From a bacterium (GTDB lineage: Bacteria; SAR324; NAC60-12), in NCBI GenBank assembly GCA_965205865.1, contig CBDBHR010000029.1:640001-704000 (forward strand): a stretch of DNA of 64,000 nucleotides, read 5' to 3'. Within the stretch, counting starts at the first letter, position 1, and every line of letters begins with the position of its first letter. A program made the position numbers and the translations under genes. The notes below the pieces were generated by a model. The model searched no databases. It saw only the letters and a program-made list of their open reading frames with translations, and was not told the origin of the DNA. Positions 62,979 through 64,000 of the stretch are shown one piece after another.

Positions 62979-63947
62979 CTACTGATGGAAGGGGTTGACC
63001 AGTCGGGCCAGGAGGCCTCGTTTGCGTTTCTTTGCGGCGCCGTAACTGCCCTCACCACCCCGTAGCCGGGGATCGAGCAGGTCCCTGAGGGCATCGCCGA
63101 ACATGTTGAAGGAGTAGACGACAATCGTCAGGCAAAGCCCCGGCCAGAGTGCCAGCCAGGGGGCCTGCTCCATGTACTTGCGCCCTTCCCGGCTGAGCAT
63201 GCCGCCCCAATCAGGAATGGTGGGTGGCAGACCGTATCCGAGGAAGCCCAGAGAAGCCAAAGACATAATCACCCCCCCGATGTTAATGGAGAAGATAATA
63301 ATGACAGGTGCCATAATATTGGGTAGCACATGGTGGTTGAGGATTTTGCTCGTGGGGGTGCCCACGGCTTGGGCTGCCAGAAAATAGTCATTCTCTTTGA
63401 TACCGATCACGGCGCTTCTGATGACTCTCGAGCCGCTGATGCCTCCGGCAACCCCCAGCACTACGATGATCTGGAGGAGACCCTTTCCCACAATGGACAT
63501 GATGGTCAGCAAGAGCAGCAGTCCCGGAAAAGCCATCCAGGCATCGACAAAGCGCTGCACCGCCAGGTCCACTTTACCCCCCAGAAATCCGGAAGTGCCG
63601 CCGATCAGGACAGCGATGAGCACATTGAGCACGGTCGCCGCCAGACCGACAAGCACGGAGATACGCGCCCCGATGATCAGGCGGCTGAGCAAGTCTCGTC
63701 CCGCCTGGTCGGTCCCTAGAAGATACTGGGATGATGGGCCCTGAAGCCTGTCTATCAGGTGCATTTCCTTATAGGGATAAGGCGCCAGCGCATCGGCAAA
63801 GATCGCGACAAAAATCAAGAGCAAGACGATCATCCCGCAGAACGTACCGAGGGGCTTCTCTTTGAGCAGCCTGATCAAGAAATCCGCCAGCCGGAAACGT
63901 CTCTTGGGCTCACGGGTGGGGGAGGGTGTTTCTTGGGTGTTGTTCAT
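62979..63947 (-). CDS. Peptide/nickel ABC permease (DppC/OppC type)
   Basis: LGTDQAGRD, EAA loop, HVLPN, GDALRDLLDPR. Confidence 0.93.
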   Translation of the reverse strand: MNNTQETPSPTREPKRRFRLADFLIRLLKEKPLGTFCGMIVLLLIFVAIFADALAPYPYKEMHLIDRLQGPSSQYLLGTDQAGRDLLSRLIIGARISVLVGLAATVLNVLIAVLIGGTSGFLGGKVDLAVQRFVDAWMAFPGLLLLLTIMSIVGKGLLQIIVVLGVAGGISGSRVIRSAVIGIKENDYFLAAQAVGTPTSKILNHHVLPNIMAPVIIIFSINIGGVIMSLASLGFLGYGLPPTIPDWGGMLSREGRKYMEQAPWLALWPGLCLTIVVYSFNMFGDALRDLLDPRLRGGEGSYGAAKKRKRGLLARLVNPFHQ

Positions 63948-63949
63948 GA

Positions 63950-64000
63950 TTTAGGTATTTAGGCTGAAGGCTGAAGACCGAAGATTAGGTATTTAGGCTG
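63950..64000. repeat. Short degenerate 7-8-mer repeats (TTAGGTAT / GGCTGAAG), running off the window
   Basis: TTAGGTATTTAGGCTG occurs twice. Confidence 0.6.

Overview
A bacterial chromosomal window in three parts. (1) A housekeeping core at ~21.9-42.8 kb: galE, a TPR protein, cmk, an archaeal-type GlmU-like enzyme, glmS, priA, uvrB, truA, trxA, lipA, a probable 6S RNA, zapB and dxs, interrupted at 29.9-33.0 kb by nested mobile elements. (2, 3) Two heavily rearranged accessory flanks (1-21.8 kb and 42.9-64 kb). These hold GC-richer peptide/nickel ABC transporter genes and fragments, PhyH-type dioxygenases, PEP-utilising enzyme fragments, toxin-antitoxin modules, nucleases (Uma2, three Rpn copies) and IS elements (IS1380, IS256, IS91, IS110, ISNCY/IS5-like, an IS630-type MITE). 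The most unusual signals are four. (a) A GGGG(T/A)CA / TG(A/T)CCCC motif forms the inverted ends of a RAYT-like HUH transposase element and recurs at junctions of unrelated modules. (b) An ORF-less group II intron sits inside this motif at two independent sites. (c) A reusable platform of stacked sigma70 promoters, heptamer arrays and a conserved leader is found four times in front of different cargo. (d) A module of Rpn nuclease + PhyH fragment + group II intron fragment is triplicated. Together these suggest a possible cassette capture/shuffling and expression system; this is inference, not shown. The 16.0-17.8 kb segment looks like an assembly/consensus artefact. Taxonomy cannot be established from the window. 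All family calls come from motif recognition; no database searches were run.
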